64,000 nucleotides of DNA from an uncultured cyanobacterium (GTDB lineage Bacteria; Cyanobacteriota; Cyanobacteriia; Phormidesmidales; Phormidesmidaceae), in NCBI GenBank assembly GCA_963793265.1, contig CAWBZI010000007.1, positions 256,001 to 320,000 of the forward strand, in the 5' to 3' direction. The position numbers and the translations under genes were made by a program. Of the stretch, positions 28,001-36,866 are shown piece by piece; within the stretch, counting starts at the first letter, position 1, and every line of letters begins with the position of its first letter. Under the pieces are notes generated by a model. The model searched no databases. It was given only the letters and a program-made list of their open reading frames with translations, and was not told the DNA's origin.

Positions 28001-29555
28001 GAGAGAATGTCAGTGCGTCGTCGGCCAAATCTTCGAGCGTAATGTCGTGAAGGGTGCTTATTGTGATATTGGTCAACTCTTCTAGGCTCTGTTCATAGAG
28101 GAACGAATCGCCGTAAACATAATCGGCATTAGAAAAGAAAGATTTGATCGGATGTGAGCCCTGGGCCGGTGAAGATTCTGGCTGATCGCCATCTTTAATA
28201 ACCGCGTTGTAAGCACTAAAAAAAATGTTGCCATTATCACCTTGAGGCGCTTCTAGATCAGCCGTGCCGCTGTAGGTAAAACGGTTATTGCTTGCAATCT
28301 CAACATTGCCACCGTCGCCACTGATCGAGCCTCCTTGAGCGCTAAGTTCACCATAAAACTGAGTCGCAACGAGATTAGAGTGCACGTATATCTGGCCGCC
28401 ACTGCCCGCTTCTAGCGCATCAGCCGTCAGTGTCGATTGCCTATCTACGTAGGTTTGATCAGCGGTCGGAATTAAAGCCTGTTCTAGATAGCCGCCGCCA
28501 ATGCGTAAGGTGCCGCCGCCTGTTGTACCAGAAGCCGAAAGATCTGCATCTGTAATGCCTACTTGCGTCCCGATAATATTGATGCTGCCGCCTACGCCAT
28601 TGTTGTTATCAGTTGAAAGATTTCCTGAGGCGATCGCCCGCCCCTTATCCGGCACCGGCACACTCGAATCAATTAGACGAACAGTACCCGTATCATCGAC
28701 AATCAGCGTGTCAGCATAGTCTGCAATGTTGCCAGTAAGTAGCTCGCTTAAGGACTGAGGTGATGAAGGATTAGCTGACATCTCTTCAGATAAAACTTCT
28801 AGAGAGAGGAGGTGGCCTTGCTGGCTAAGACGAACTAAGCTGCCCGGCTGCACTGCGGCGAGATTGAGCGCGCCACCGGGAGCTAGGAGTGTTCCTGCAT
28901 TTAAAACAGAGCCGCCAGCCAAGGAGATATATTCACCCTGATTGACCGATAAACTTCCTGCATTACTTACAGCCCCAGCAGTATCGAACCTGAAAGCCGT
29001 AGGGTTACCAAAGAGTAGTTCGTAATCAGGCAGCGTATAGGGGTCTGTAAAGTCAATCCATTCACCGCTGCTAAAGCCAAAAGCCGTTGCACTCGTCGCC
29101 GTAAAGCTACCGGACAAGTTGAGCTGTGCGTTTGGCCCAAACAAAATTCCGGCTGGATTAATCAGATACAAATTGGCATTACTGCCTTCTATTTGCAGGC
29201 GACCGTTGATACTAGAAGCCTCGCCTGTGATGTGGCTAAGAACGTTTTGAGTCTTAGAACCAGTAATGAAATTAGCCGTTTGACCGGCTCCCAAATCAAA
29301 CTGATCGAAGCTGTGAAACAAATTATGATCGCTAGCAGCTTCACCTGTGCGCTGACCGCCCGTAATATTGAACTGTACGCCCTGGGTTTCAGAAAGGTTG
29401 ACTTCGGTGCTGGTACTTTCGGGGGTAGCGATAATTTGGGCGATCGCACCCGAACTTCCTCCAACTAGCGCTAGTAAAGCGAGTCCTCCTTTGAACGCAG
29501 CATTAAGGCATTTACGAACAATAGCGTGAGTTAATTTGGCTGGGATGCTGCGCAT
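25032..29555 (-). CDS. Filamentous-haemagglutinin N-terminal (TPS) beta-helix protein fused to a C-terminal CHAT protease domain
   Basis: Signal peptide, NLFHSFDQF, NLYLINPAGILFG and G/S/N-rich repeats; CHAT motifs IHLATHAVF, ILSACSTA, ASLWPVSD and HPFYWSAF. Confidence 0.92.
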   Translation of the reverse strand: MRSIPAKLTHAIVRKCLNAAFKGGLALLALVGGSSGAIAQIIATPESTSTEVNLSETQGVQFNITGGQRTGEAASDHNLFHSFDQFDLGAGQTANFITGSKTQNVLSHITGEASSINGRLQIEGSNANLYLINPAGILFGPNAQLNLSGSFTATSATAFGFSSGEWIDFTDPYTLPDYELLFGNPTAFRFDTAGAVSNAGSLSVNQGEYISLAGGSVLNAGTLLAPGGALNLAAVQPGSLVRLSQQGHLLSLEVLSEEMSANPSSPQSLSELLTGNIADYADTLIVDDTGTVRLIDSSVPVPDKGRAIASGNLSTDNNNGVGGSINIIGTQVGITDADLSASGTTGGGTLRIGGGYLEQALIPTADQTYVDRQSTLTADALEAGSGGQIYVHSNLVATQFYGELSAQGGSISGDGGNVEIASNNRFTYSGTADLEAPQGDNGNIFFSAYNAVIKDGDQPESSPAQGSHPIKSFFSNADYVYGDSFLYEQSLEELTNITISTLHDITLEDLADDALTFSPGSHVTFQADSDNDEGSFIASDLEDTIRVSGGTVEIAAGNLAANAESKVVVGGIDVSASESFPTDGTIQLQSANFISAQGLNAGRGDIKLISNGINLGQANSVRAATITIQPSDENTNIQVGSVSADSSTQNSNTLVVSGADLAALDSTIGQVNIGSSLGTGTITVLEDPLLSETDELSRITLLGNEDATLVGPDVDTLWTITGANGGTLSNAQANVPSEANGLRFTGIGTLAGGSGNDTIHFANANAQITERIIGGSGSLIFTGEDIDLEAHEVSGDGGTLRLFGETASDDIIQIGGDDLPGRFNLTDAEYAAITGFDEIEIGSSSGGVIAINTDNLTTNTALTLSGNTITANDINVSEADSLTLAANGDINVGNITSQGGDIDLSSTRNITTGYISAGNSTQITHGGNISIVSAGNVLVTESLLIDGIATSLETTPNGRITVRHGGNGETPFVVGNASSDGPGTNGTVGQITDSDVSLANISIDGSLSEGNIEILTEVPEVSEESPAEVLTEVPDVLPRTVTVPIATTIPVSEDRSDISLDIVLANADTGRSITNTFNQIETSAGVQFANYLSLTNRETPTKVATLSQVQDTLNRVSEKSQRVRSALIYIYFVPDAADIASVRPDKDREPQPDDQLEVMLITADGEPVRYRQWGITREKVETVAAEFRRQATSQFSTPAQYLEPAQQLYQWMIAPLEPHLSEKSTNNLAMIMDDGLRTLPLAALHDGDKFLVEKYSLGLLPTFSLTDFGLEKNFSEQAALEADKAVRVLAMGASQFADQPPLPAVAAELAFISDDLQLGDAFLNESFTLENLKTKVDSQRYGVIHLATHAVFETGDIENSYIQLWDRRMGLSQLQELNFEDSNIDLIILSACSTAMGDRNSEYGFAGFAVSAGSQSALASLWPVSDEGTLGFMTQFYDRLPSADIRAEALRTAQINMIQGNIGIRDGQMYGVNNEILATIPELEQSGTWDFSHPFYWSAFTMIGSPW

Positions 29556-29686
29556 GTAGTGCTGAGTGACGAGGTAACATCAAATGGCCCATAAAATTAC
29601 CCTGGGTCCATTGGATGTAGCTTGCCCAAAAGGGTTTGGCTGCGCAGGTAAAATTTGGTTCTCTCTATGTCGAGCCCACTTAATAT

Positions 29687-30319
29687 ATGGCCCTTTCTAG
29701 CCGTCAATATGCTGCTGCAACTGAACGCAACCGACAGCCGATTCTAGACGTGTTGCAGCGCGTTTTACCGAACACAGGAACCGTTCTCGAAATCTCTAGC
29801 GGGACAGGTGAACATGCAACGTTCTTTGCCCCAGCTTTGAGTCATTTGCAGTGGTTGCCGAGCGATCCTCAGGCGATCGCCCGCCAAAGCATTCAGGCAT
29901 GGCGCGAAGCCCTACCGGCTAAAAACCTGCTGCCACCGCTGAACTTAGACGTGAGTATGCAGCCTTGGCCGGTCGAGCAGGAGCCGGTTGCAACGCAGCT
30001 AACTCAGCCGATTACAGCCATTGTCAATATCAATATGATCCACATTGCGCCCTGGGAAATGTGTGCTCATCTGATGGCAGGAGCCGGACGAATTTTGCCA
30101 GCAGGCGGCGTACTGTATCTGTATGGGCCGTTCATTCGTGAAGGGGAACCAATGGCTCCTGGCAACGAGGCATTTGATGTCATGCTGCGCGATCGCAATT
30201 CAAGCTGGGGCATTCGAGCGCTATCAGCAGTGGTTGCGATCGCACAGCAGCAGGGCCTAACGCTAATAGAAGTCGTTGAGATGCCTGCTAATAATCTGTC
30301 AGTCGTGTTTAAAAAGTAG
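29687..30319 (+). CDS. DUF938 family SAM-dependent methyltransferase
   Basis: ATERNRQPIL, LEISSGTGEH, WLPSD, NMIHIAPW, YGPF and EMPANNL motifs. Confidence 0.92.
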   Translation: MALSSRQYAAATERNRQPILDVLQRVLPNTGTVLEISSGTGEHATFFAPALSHLQWLPSDPQAIARQSIQAWREALPAKNLLPPLNLDVSMQPWPVEQEPVATQLTQPITAIVNINMIHIAPWEMCAHLMAGAGRILPAGGVLYLYGPFIREGEPMAPGNEAFDVMLRDRNSSWGIRALSAVVAIAQQQGLTLIEVVEMPANNLSVVFKK

Positions 30320-30330
30320 TCTTCTCAAAG

Positions 30331-30654
30331 CTAGAGCTTAACGGCGGTTCCAGTTGCCGTAATCAGCATCAATACACCGTGCTCATCAATATTAATGGTG
30401 TCAGTTTTCACTTGAATCCCCACCACCGCATCGGCTCCTAACCGCTTAGCTCGCGACTCTAGTTCCTTGAGCGCATCCTGCTGACCCTTTTCAAAAACGC
30501 GCTCATAAGCTCCCGTTCGTCCGCCTAAAACGTCCCGGATTCCAGCAAAGAAGTCTCGTAAGGCATTACTGCCGTACACCACCTCGGCGGTGACGATACC
30601 CAAATAATTTTGGATATTCTCTCCCTGAATAAGATCAGTTGTTGATAGAATCAT
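30331..30654 (-). CDS. YbjQ/UPF0145 family protein
   Basis: YLGIVTAEVVYG.N..RDFFAGIRDVLGGR..YE, LGADAVVG and ATGTAV motifs. Confidence 0.93.
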   Translation of the reverse strand: MILSTTDLIQGENIQNYLGIVTAEVVYGSNALRDFFAGIRDVLGGRTGAYERVFEKGQQDALKELESRAKRLGADAVVGIQVKTDTINIDEHGVLMLITATGTAVKL

Positions 30655-30780
30655 GAGCTGAACCCGGCGCAGTTAATGTCACAAAGATACTATCGTTCTT
30701 TAGGATGCATAAATAGATAGGTTTTTCCAAATGTGTGTTTCTCATATTTGCTTACTTTAAGTTTTTTCAGGAGATTATCT

Positions 30781-31932
30781 GTGCGCTATCCACACAAGCT
30801 CGCACTTTTACTGACCGCAGTTGGGCTCTCTGGTGCTGCGCTGCTGTCTGAGCCTTTTTCGCAAGGGGCGATCGCGATTGAGTTAACTGCCCGCACCGAG
30901 GGCGTATTAATCGCTCAAACCAGTGATAATCTGAGCGATTCTGAAAAAGAGCGCCTCTCGAATTTAATCGGCGAAGCGCAAAAGAAGATTGATTCAGGAG
31001 ACTATTCAGGTGCGATCGCGCTCTATCAGCAGGCTATTCAGGTTGATCGTGACAACGCTCGACTCTATTCAGGCATTGCCTACTTGCAGGTGAGGCAGGG
31101 CAACTTTGAAGCCGCCGCTGAGTTTTACCGCCAGGCATTAGATCGTGACCCACGCAATCTTTCTTTCCACTACGGGCTAGCGCACAGCCTATTTATGGAT
31201 GAGCGCTACGAAGAGGCTGCCGGAGCCTATCAGGATCTGCTGAGCTTTGATGCCAGAGCGGCGAATGCTTTTGTAGGCTTAGGCGGATCGCTGCTGAGAC
31301 TAGAAAGATACGACGCGGCCCGTGAGGCCTATGAGCGAGCGGTACAAATTGCGCCCAATAATGCTCAAGCCTACGAGGCAATTGGGATGCTTTTCCTGGC
31401 TCAGGAAAACTATGACGATGCGATCAGGCCGCTGGAGCGATCGCTAGCTCTCGATCCTAACCGGGGCAGCGTTCACGCGAATCTTGCAAAGATCTGGCTA
31501 GAGCAGGGCAATGAGTCTAGAGCCTTTGATGCCTTGCAGCAGGCAGTTCGGATCAACCCTGGGAATGCAGAAGCGCAGTTTTATTTAGGCGAGATTCTGC
31601 AAAAGCGAGGCGATATAAATGGAGCGCTCAATCGCTTTGAGCAGGCCGCTGATGCCAATCCAACCCTGATACCTGCCCAGGCTGCTCTGGGTGAACTGCT
31701 GCTCGAAAGAGGGCAGTTTCTACGCGCTGTGCTCGCCTACCGCCAGCTAACCCGCGCCTTTCCCGAAGATCCCGGCATTCGCTACAACTTAGGCTTAGCA
31801 CTATGGGGCCAAGGCAATACGAGAGCGGCCATAGAAACTCTCGATCAGGCGTTGCGTCTGTATGAGCGTCAAGAAGACGGTTCAGGGGCAGAGCGAGCGA
31901 CCGCGCTGCTAGAAATCTGGCGGAATAACTAG
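30781..31932 (+). CDS. Exported tetratricopeptide-repeat protein
   Basis: GTG start after CAGGAG, a signal peptide, and consecutive TPR motifs. Confidence 0.9.
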   Translation: MRYPHKLALLLTAVGLSGAALLSEPFSQGAIAIELTARTEGVLIAQTSDNLSDSEKERLSNLIGEAQKKIDSGDYSGAIALYQQAIQVDRDNARLYSGIAYLQVRQGNFEAAAEFYRQALDRDPRNLSFHYGLAHSLFMDERYEEAAGAYQDLLSFDARAANAFVGLGGSLLRLERYDAAREAYERAVQIAPNNAQAYEAIGMLFLAQENYDDAIRPLERSLALDPNRGSVHANLAKIWLEQGNESRAFDALQQAVRINPGNAEAQFYLGEILQKRGDINGALNRFEQAADANPTLIPAQAALGELLLERGQFLRAVLAYRQLTRAFPEDPGIRYNLGLALWGQGNTRAAIETLDQALRLYERQEDGSGAERATALLEIWRNN

Positions 31933-31939
31933 CCGTTTG

Positions 31940-33214
31940 CTACGGCGTGTCGTCGTCTTGAATGGCAGCGGTGCGCCAGCTTAGCTTAAGGCTAATCCAA
32001 AAATTCCAGACGGCGGTGAGTGCGATCGCAATCAAATTAGCCACGTACACTAGGCTACCGGCAAAGATAAAGTGATAGATCAGCTTCAGCAGCAGCACGT
32101 CTAAAACCAGCCCAATAAAGCAGACAATATTGAACTTGAGCAGGCGCTTGAGGCGCGATCGCCAGCCTCTTTGGCGTCGTGCCATATCTGCAAACGTCCA
32201 GGCATCGTTCCACAGAAAATTATTTACAATTGCAACTTCTGCGGCAATCACTTTGCTTAAGACAATACCTGCGCCAGCCGTCTCTACCAGTAAATAGAAC
32301 AGCGCCATATCTACAAATACGCCGCTGAGCCCAACTAGCCCGTAGCGAATAAATCGCTCAGTCGGAAACGTTGTTTTAGATCTAGAAACGCCACCGCCTG
32401 AACGTAATCTTGCTAGGTGGCCTAGATACTCTACGTATTGCTTCCAAGTAACTTTACTCTCGCCCGACTCGCGCTCTTGAAACACGTAGCCAGCTTCAGC
32501 AATCTCACCGATATTGCCTCGGCCAATCACTTCCAAAAGAATCTTGTAGCCAAGCGGATTGAGATGAGGCCCAGCGATCGCACTTCGGCGCACCATAAAG
32601 TAGCCGCTCATCGGATCGCTCACTCGCCCCACTACTGCCGGACACACTACCAGCCCGAGTAGCTGAGCGCCCCGAGATAGAAAGCGCCTAACAACGCTCC
32701 AATCGCTGACCCCACCGCCTTCTACATGGCGACTCGCCACCGCTAAGTCTGCACCGTCTAAGGTGGCCTGTAATAGCTTTAATAAGACTTCTGGTGGATG
32801 CTGAAGGTCGGCATCAATAACACCTAATATTTCGCCTCTGGCAACCTGCCAGCCGCGAATAACGGCAGAAGAGAGTCCGCGTTCGGTTTGGCGACGCATC
32901 ACCTGTAGCTGTGGGTACTGTTCGGTGAGGGCCTGGGCGACTTGCCAGGTGCGATCAGGGCTATTATCATCTACCAAAATTAGCTCGTAGCGGTTGGGGA
33001 TGAAGCCATCGAGGAGATTGGCAAGCTGAGCGACGATTTTATCGACGTTGCCGCGTTCGTTGTATGTCGGAATAATCAACGAAAATTGTATAGATCGGCT
33101 GGTGCTGGGTAAATTGTGAGGAGATGACGCTTTAGCAAACACCTCTGCTGCGGTAGGAGCGGCAAAGGGCACCTGCAAGGGGCCTTGCGGCGGTGTAAGC
33201 AGCGGATGAGTCAT
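31940..33214 (-). CDS. GT2 polyprenol-phosphate mannose synthase-like enzyme fused to a GtrA flippase domain
   Basis: IIPTYNE, VDDNSPD, IDADLQHPP, SDPMSGYF and GYKILLE; C-terminal RYGLVGLSGVFVD..NNFLWNDAWTF. Confidence 0.9.
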   Translation of the reverse strand: MTHPLLTPPQGPLQVPFAAPTAAEVFAKASSPHNLPSTSRSIQFSLIIPTYNERGNVDKIVAQLANLLDGFIPNRYELILVDDNSPDRTWQVAQALTEQYPQLQVMRRQTERGLSSAVIRGWQVARGEILGVIDADLQHPPEVLLKLLQATLDGADLAVASRHVEGGGVSDWSVVRRFLSRGAQLLGLVVCPAVVGRVSDPMSGYFMVRRSAIAGPHLNPLGYKILLEVIGRGNIGEIAEAGYVFQERESGESKVTWKQYVEYLGHLARLRSGGGVSRSKTTFPTERFIRYGLVGLSGVFVDMALFYLLVETAGAGIVLSKVIAAEVAIVNNFLWNDAWTFADMARRQRGWRSRLKRLLKFNIVCFIGLVLDVLLLKLIYHFIFAGSLVYVANLIAIALTAVWNFWISLKLSWRTAAIQDDDTP

Positions 33215-33408
33215 AGCGAGAGCACGTTGAAGATAAAGTTAGCTGTGAAGAAAGGGTATGCAAACTTAATAGAAGCTTGCCCAACAATTTTTTTTAATGA
33301 ACGCGAAGGCAGTGTAATTGACTACACGTGTTTCAAAAGGCAGGATTAGCTCATCTAGGACGGCTGCTGAATAGCAGCGATCGCACACCGAATATCAGGC
33401 GCAATCTT

Positions 33409-34527
33409 ATGGAGACATTTTCAGGCCCGCAGCCCACAATCCGGCCATCTTCTGCACCCTCTACGGTAGAAAACTCCCCAGTAGAAATTTCTGTGGTGGT
33501 GCCGCTTTACTGTGAAGCGTCTAATATCGACTATCTGTTTAAGCGATTGGAGCGTGTCCTTGAACATTTGGGATGCACCTATGAAATTGTCTGCGTGGAT
33601 GATGGCAGCTACGACAATACTATTGAAGGGTTGCAAGGGCACCGGCAACGTAATTCTCGGATTAAGATTGTGGCGCTTTCTCGTAATTTTGGTAAAGAAC
33701 TGGCGCTAACGGCGGGGATTGACTATGCCTGCGGCGCTGCGGTTGTGCCGATTGACGCGGATTTGCAAGATCCGCCGGAGCTAATTGAGGCGCTGGTAGC
33801 AAAGTGGCGCGAAGGCTATGACGTGGTGTATGCCAAACGGCGATCGCGTCAGGGCGAAACCTGGCTCAAGCGAGCAACGGCCAACTCGTTTTATCGAGTG
33901 ATGGAGCGCATGAGCAAGGTGCCAGTGCCCCGCGATACTGGCGATTTTCGCCTGCTAGACAGACGCGTAGTTGAGGTGCTTAAGCAACTGCCCGAGCGAA
34001 CCCGCTTTATGAAGGGGCTGTTTGCCTGGGTGGGCTACCGTCAAGCCGAAGTGCTCTACGACCGAGAGCCACGCTACAGCGGCGAAACCAAGTGGAACTA
34101 CTGGCGACTGTGGAACTTTGCAATTGATGGGATTGTCTCATTTAGCGTAGCGCCGCTGCGCGTTTGGAGCTATGTGGGTATCACCTTTGCCAGTATTTCC
34201 TTTTTATACGGTGCTTTTTTACTCGTGCGTACGCTAATATCTGGCAACGATGTGCCCGGATATGCCTCATCAACCGTGATTATCCTGTTTTTAGGCGGTA
34301 TTCAGCTCGTTAGCTTAGGCATATTGGGCGAGTATTTGGGCCGTATTTACGAAGAGGTGAAAGGTCGCCCGCTGTATTTGGTCAGAGACGCTTACGGGGC
34401 CGGTAGAAAGCCGACGATAGATCGCTCTAGAGTGCTGATTGAGACAAGTCCTGATCTCATTCAGCCTATTCATAAACAACCCGATCCTAATCAAACAGGC
34501 TTCTCTCCTGCTGAGGAAAATGCTTAG
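33409..34527 (+). CDS. GT2 bactoprenol glycosyltransferase, GtrB/YkcC-like
   Basis: VDDGS, LSRNFGKE, IDADLQDPPE, DTGDFRLLDR and RFMKGLFAWVG motifs, plus two TM helices and GEYLGRIYEEVKGRP. Confidence 0.93.
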   Translation: METFSGPQPTIRPSSAPSTVENSPVEISVVVPLYCEASNIDYLFKRLERVLEHLGCTYEIVCVDDGSYDNTIEGLQGHRQRNSRIKIVALSRNFGKELALTAGIDYACGAAVVPIDADLQDPPELIEALVAKWREGYDVVYAKRRSRQGETWLKRATANSFYRVMERMSKVPVPRDTGDFRLLDRRVVEVLKQLPERTRFMKGLFAWVGYRQAEVLYDREPRYSGETKWNYWRLWNFAIDGIVSFSVAPLRVWSYVGITFASISFLYGAFLLVRTLISGNDVPGYASSTVIILFLGGIQLVSLGILGEYLGRIYEEVKGRPLYLVRDAYGAGRKPTIDRSRVLIETSPDLIQPIHKQPDPNQTGFSPAEENA

Positions 34528-34535
34528 CCCTATGT

Positions 34536-34574
34536 AAAGCACCTATAAAGCACCTATAAAGCACACCTATAAAG
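34536..34574 (+). repeat. Intergenic 11-bp tandem repeat
   Basis: AAAGCACCTAT x2, then AAAGCACACCTAT, then AAAG. Confidence 0.85.
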
Positions 34575-34602
34575 AAGTTGTTATTGGAAGCGCTATCGAC
34601 TT

Positions 34603-36345
34603 ATGAGCTATGTTCCTGCCAATACAGATGCAGAGGCTTCTTTGAGCAGCAGTTCAAAGGATAGATCTATAGGGCTTGACGTGTGTTTGAGTGTAGCGAT
34701 CGCACTTGGCACTATTCTACGAATTGCCTGGGTCGGTAAGCGTGAGCTTTGGTACGACGAAGTGCTCTCTGTGCTATTCGCATCAGGGCAAAAAAACGCC
34801 TACGCACCGCCGATCAATACACCTTTTAAGATTCAAGACATCTCGCAGCTCATCACAGGGCCATCGGTACGAGGACTGAGTTCTGTTGAAACAGTCAAAG
34901 ACGTGCTGAAGGGGACGTTAGGCGATCCCCATCCTCCCCTATTTTATCTGGCTGGGCACGGCTGGACGCGGATATTTGGCACCAGTGAAACGGCGCTGCG
35001 TGCTTTGATGGTGCTCATTAGCCTGCTCGCTCTGGTCGTGAGCTATCACTTAGGTCGCAAAGTATTAGGCCGCAGAGGCGGACTGATTTTTGCAGCGCTG
35101 CTGTCGCTGAATCCATTTTTTCTCGCGCATTCGCTCAACCTACGAATGTACGCGCCGATGGTGCTTTGGGTGCTGGTGAGTGGATGGTGTCTGTCAGCGC
35201 TGATAGAGGTAAATAAAGAGCCTACTCAAAACCATAAAACTCGTCACATCAAAAAATGGATGTGGAGAGGGGGCGTTGCTCTGTCGCTAGCTGCTGGTCT
35301 ATTAACTCAGTATTTATTCGCTTACTGGCTATGTTCGCTGGTAGCGCTGGCGCTTTATTTAGACCGCAACCGCTGGTCACAGTATGCGCTAACTATAGGA
35401 ACCGGTGTGCTGCTGTTCATACCTTGGGGCCTATGGGGCACTCGCCAGCAAATACACAATCGACGAGACGTACTCGATCAAATTTCATCAGCATACGGGC
35501 CGCTAGAGTCGGCTTTGCGCCATGGCAAAGATATCGCGCAAACGCTAGGAAATCATCTTTTGCTGGGACACTCAACAACGAATATGCTGCCCTTTGGAGA
35601 GGATATTAAGCCAACGGCGGTGGCGGTAGGCTGTGGGGTTATTGGCTTTTTGGCAGTGTGTATCGTTGGCCTGTACCGCCGCCGTCAGTATCGAGTCCTG
35701 ATGATCTGTGTTTTGATGGGCTTGCTTCCGCTGGCGGCGGCTTTGGCTGTGGATGTGGCAGCAGGTACGTTTACATTGGGATTTGGCTGGGGCCGCTCGA
35801 TCATCGTAGCGCTGCCGGGGTGTTTGCTGCTGGTGGCAGCTTGGCTAGAGCTAGGGTCTGGGCGATCGCGCACGGCAATGACAGGGCTTTTGCTGGCGGT
35901 GTATTTGGGCGTGAATGTGGTAGATTTTGGCGGGCGCGATCGCCAAATGTTCTACACAATCGATGCTTATCTACCACAATCAGACGAGCCAAGCTTAGTT
36001 GTGATAAATTCTCAGGCTTGGGGGCACGTGCTAAGGCTTGCCTACTATCTAAAAGATTCTGCAAATACTGAAGTGCTGGCAACAGACGCGGCAGATGGGC
36101 CTACGGCTTTGGCAGCGGCGCTATCGGCTAAAGACTATAGCCGGGTGCTATGGCTGCGATCAAACGATCCGGTATGGGGCGTTACTGATGGAGATGCTGA
36201 GGTTGATGTGGCTGCGTTTGCAGACGAGACAGAATCGTTATTGAATGAGCATTACGCTGCGGGAACTAAGCGAGGTATACCTGCCAAGCAAATGTTAGAA
36301 GGCACGATGGATTTAGATTCTTTTACGTTGCAAGTCTACGAATAG
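34603..36345 (+). CDS. GT-C membrane glycosyltransferase (ArnT/PMT, GT39/GT83-like)
   Basis: ELWYDE, DPHPPLFY, SETALRAL and LRMY motifs; multiple TM helices. Confidence 0.88.
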   Translation: MSYVPANTDAEASLSSSSKDRSIGLDVCLSVAIALGTILRIAWVGKRELWYDEVLSVLFASGQKNAYAPPINTPFKIQDISQLITGPSVRGLSSVETVKDVLKGTLGDPHPPLFYLAGHGWTRIFGTSETALRALMVLISLLALVVSYHLGRKVLGRRGGLIFAALLSLNPFFLAHSLNLRMYAPMVLWVLVSGWCLSALIEVNKEPTQNHKTRHIKKWMWRGGVALSLAAGLLTQYLFAYWLCSLVALALYLDRNRWSQYALTIGTGVLLFIPWGLWGTRQQIHNRRDVLDQISSAYGPLESALRHGKDIAQTLGNHLLLGHSTTNMLPFGEDIKPTAVAVGCGVIGFLAVCIVGLYRRRQYRVLMICVLMGLLPLAAALAVDVAAGTFTLGFGWGRSIIVALPGCLLLVAAWLELGSGRSRTAMTGLLLAVYLGVNVVDFGGRDRQMFYTIDAYLPQSDEPSLVVINSQAWGHVLRLAYYLKDSANTEVLATDAADGPTALAAALSAKDYSRVLWLRSNDPVWGVTDGDAEVDVAAFADETESLLNEHYAAGTKRGIPAKQMLEGTMDLDSFTLQVYE

Positions 36346-36368
36346 CGTTAGGTTCAGCAGAGTCAAGC

Positions 36369-36866
36369 CTACTTACTTTTAGTGCGCCAGCTTAGCTTGA
36401 GGTTGATCCAAAAATTCCAGAGGGTTACTATCGCGATCGCAACCACCTTGGCAAAGTACTCATTAGCGTTATCTGCCCAGTCTGCCGCTGTAAACTGCCC
36501 TATAAATATTGGTATCTGCTCGGTCATAGGAATCGCTAAGATTAGTGCCATAATGCCGATTTGCAAGATCGCCCCGATCACACACACGGCATTGAACTTT
36601 GCAAACCGCTGTAATCTAGCGCCCCAACCCTTTTGCTTTTGCGCCAGATCGGCAAACGTCCAGGCGTCGTTCCACAAAAAGTTATTGATAATCGCCGCCT
36701 CGATCGACAGCACCGTACTTGGGTATAGCGGCAGGCCAATTAGCTCACGTAGCAAATAGAACATCACCAAATCGACGAACAGTCCGCTAAAGCCGACGAC
36801 GCCAAACCGCAAAAAGCGCGCAATTGGAAATGCCCGCAGTCGCTGCGCTAAGGAAACTTTCTTCAT
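36369..36866 (-). CDS. GtrA family flippase
   Basis: FLRFGVVGFSGLFVDL, NNFLWNDAWTF and WNFWINLKLSW motifs. Confidence 0.9.
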   Translation of the reverse strand: MKKVSLAQRLRAFPIARFLRFGVVGFSGLFVDLVMFYLLRELIGLPLYPSTVLSIEAAIINNFLWNDAWTFADLAQKQKGWGARLQRFAKFNAVCVIGAILQIGIMALILAIPMTEQIPIFIGQFTAADWADNANEYFAKVVAIAIVTLWNFWINLKLSWRTKSK

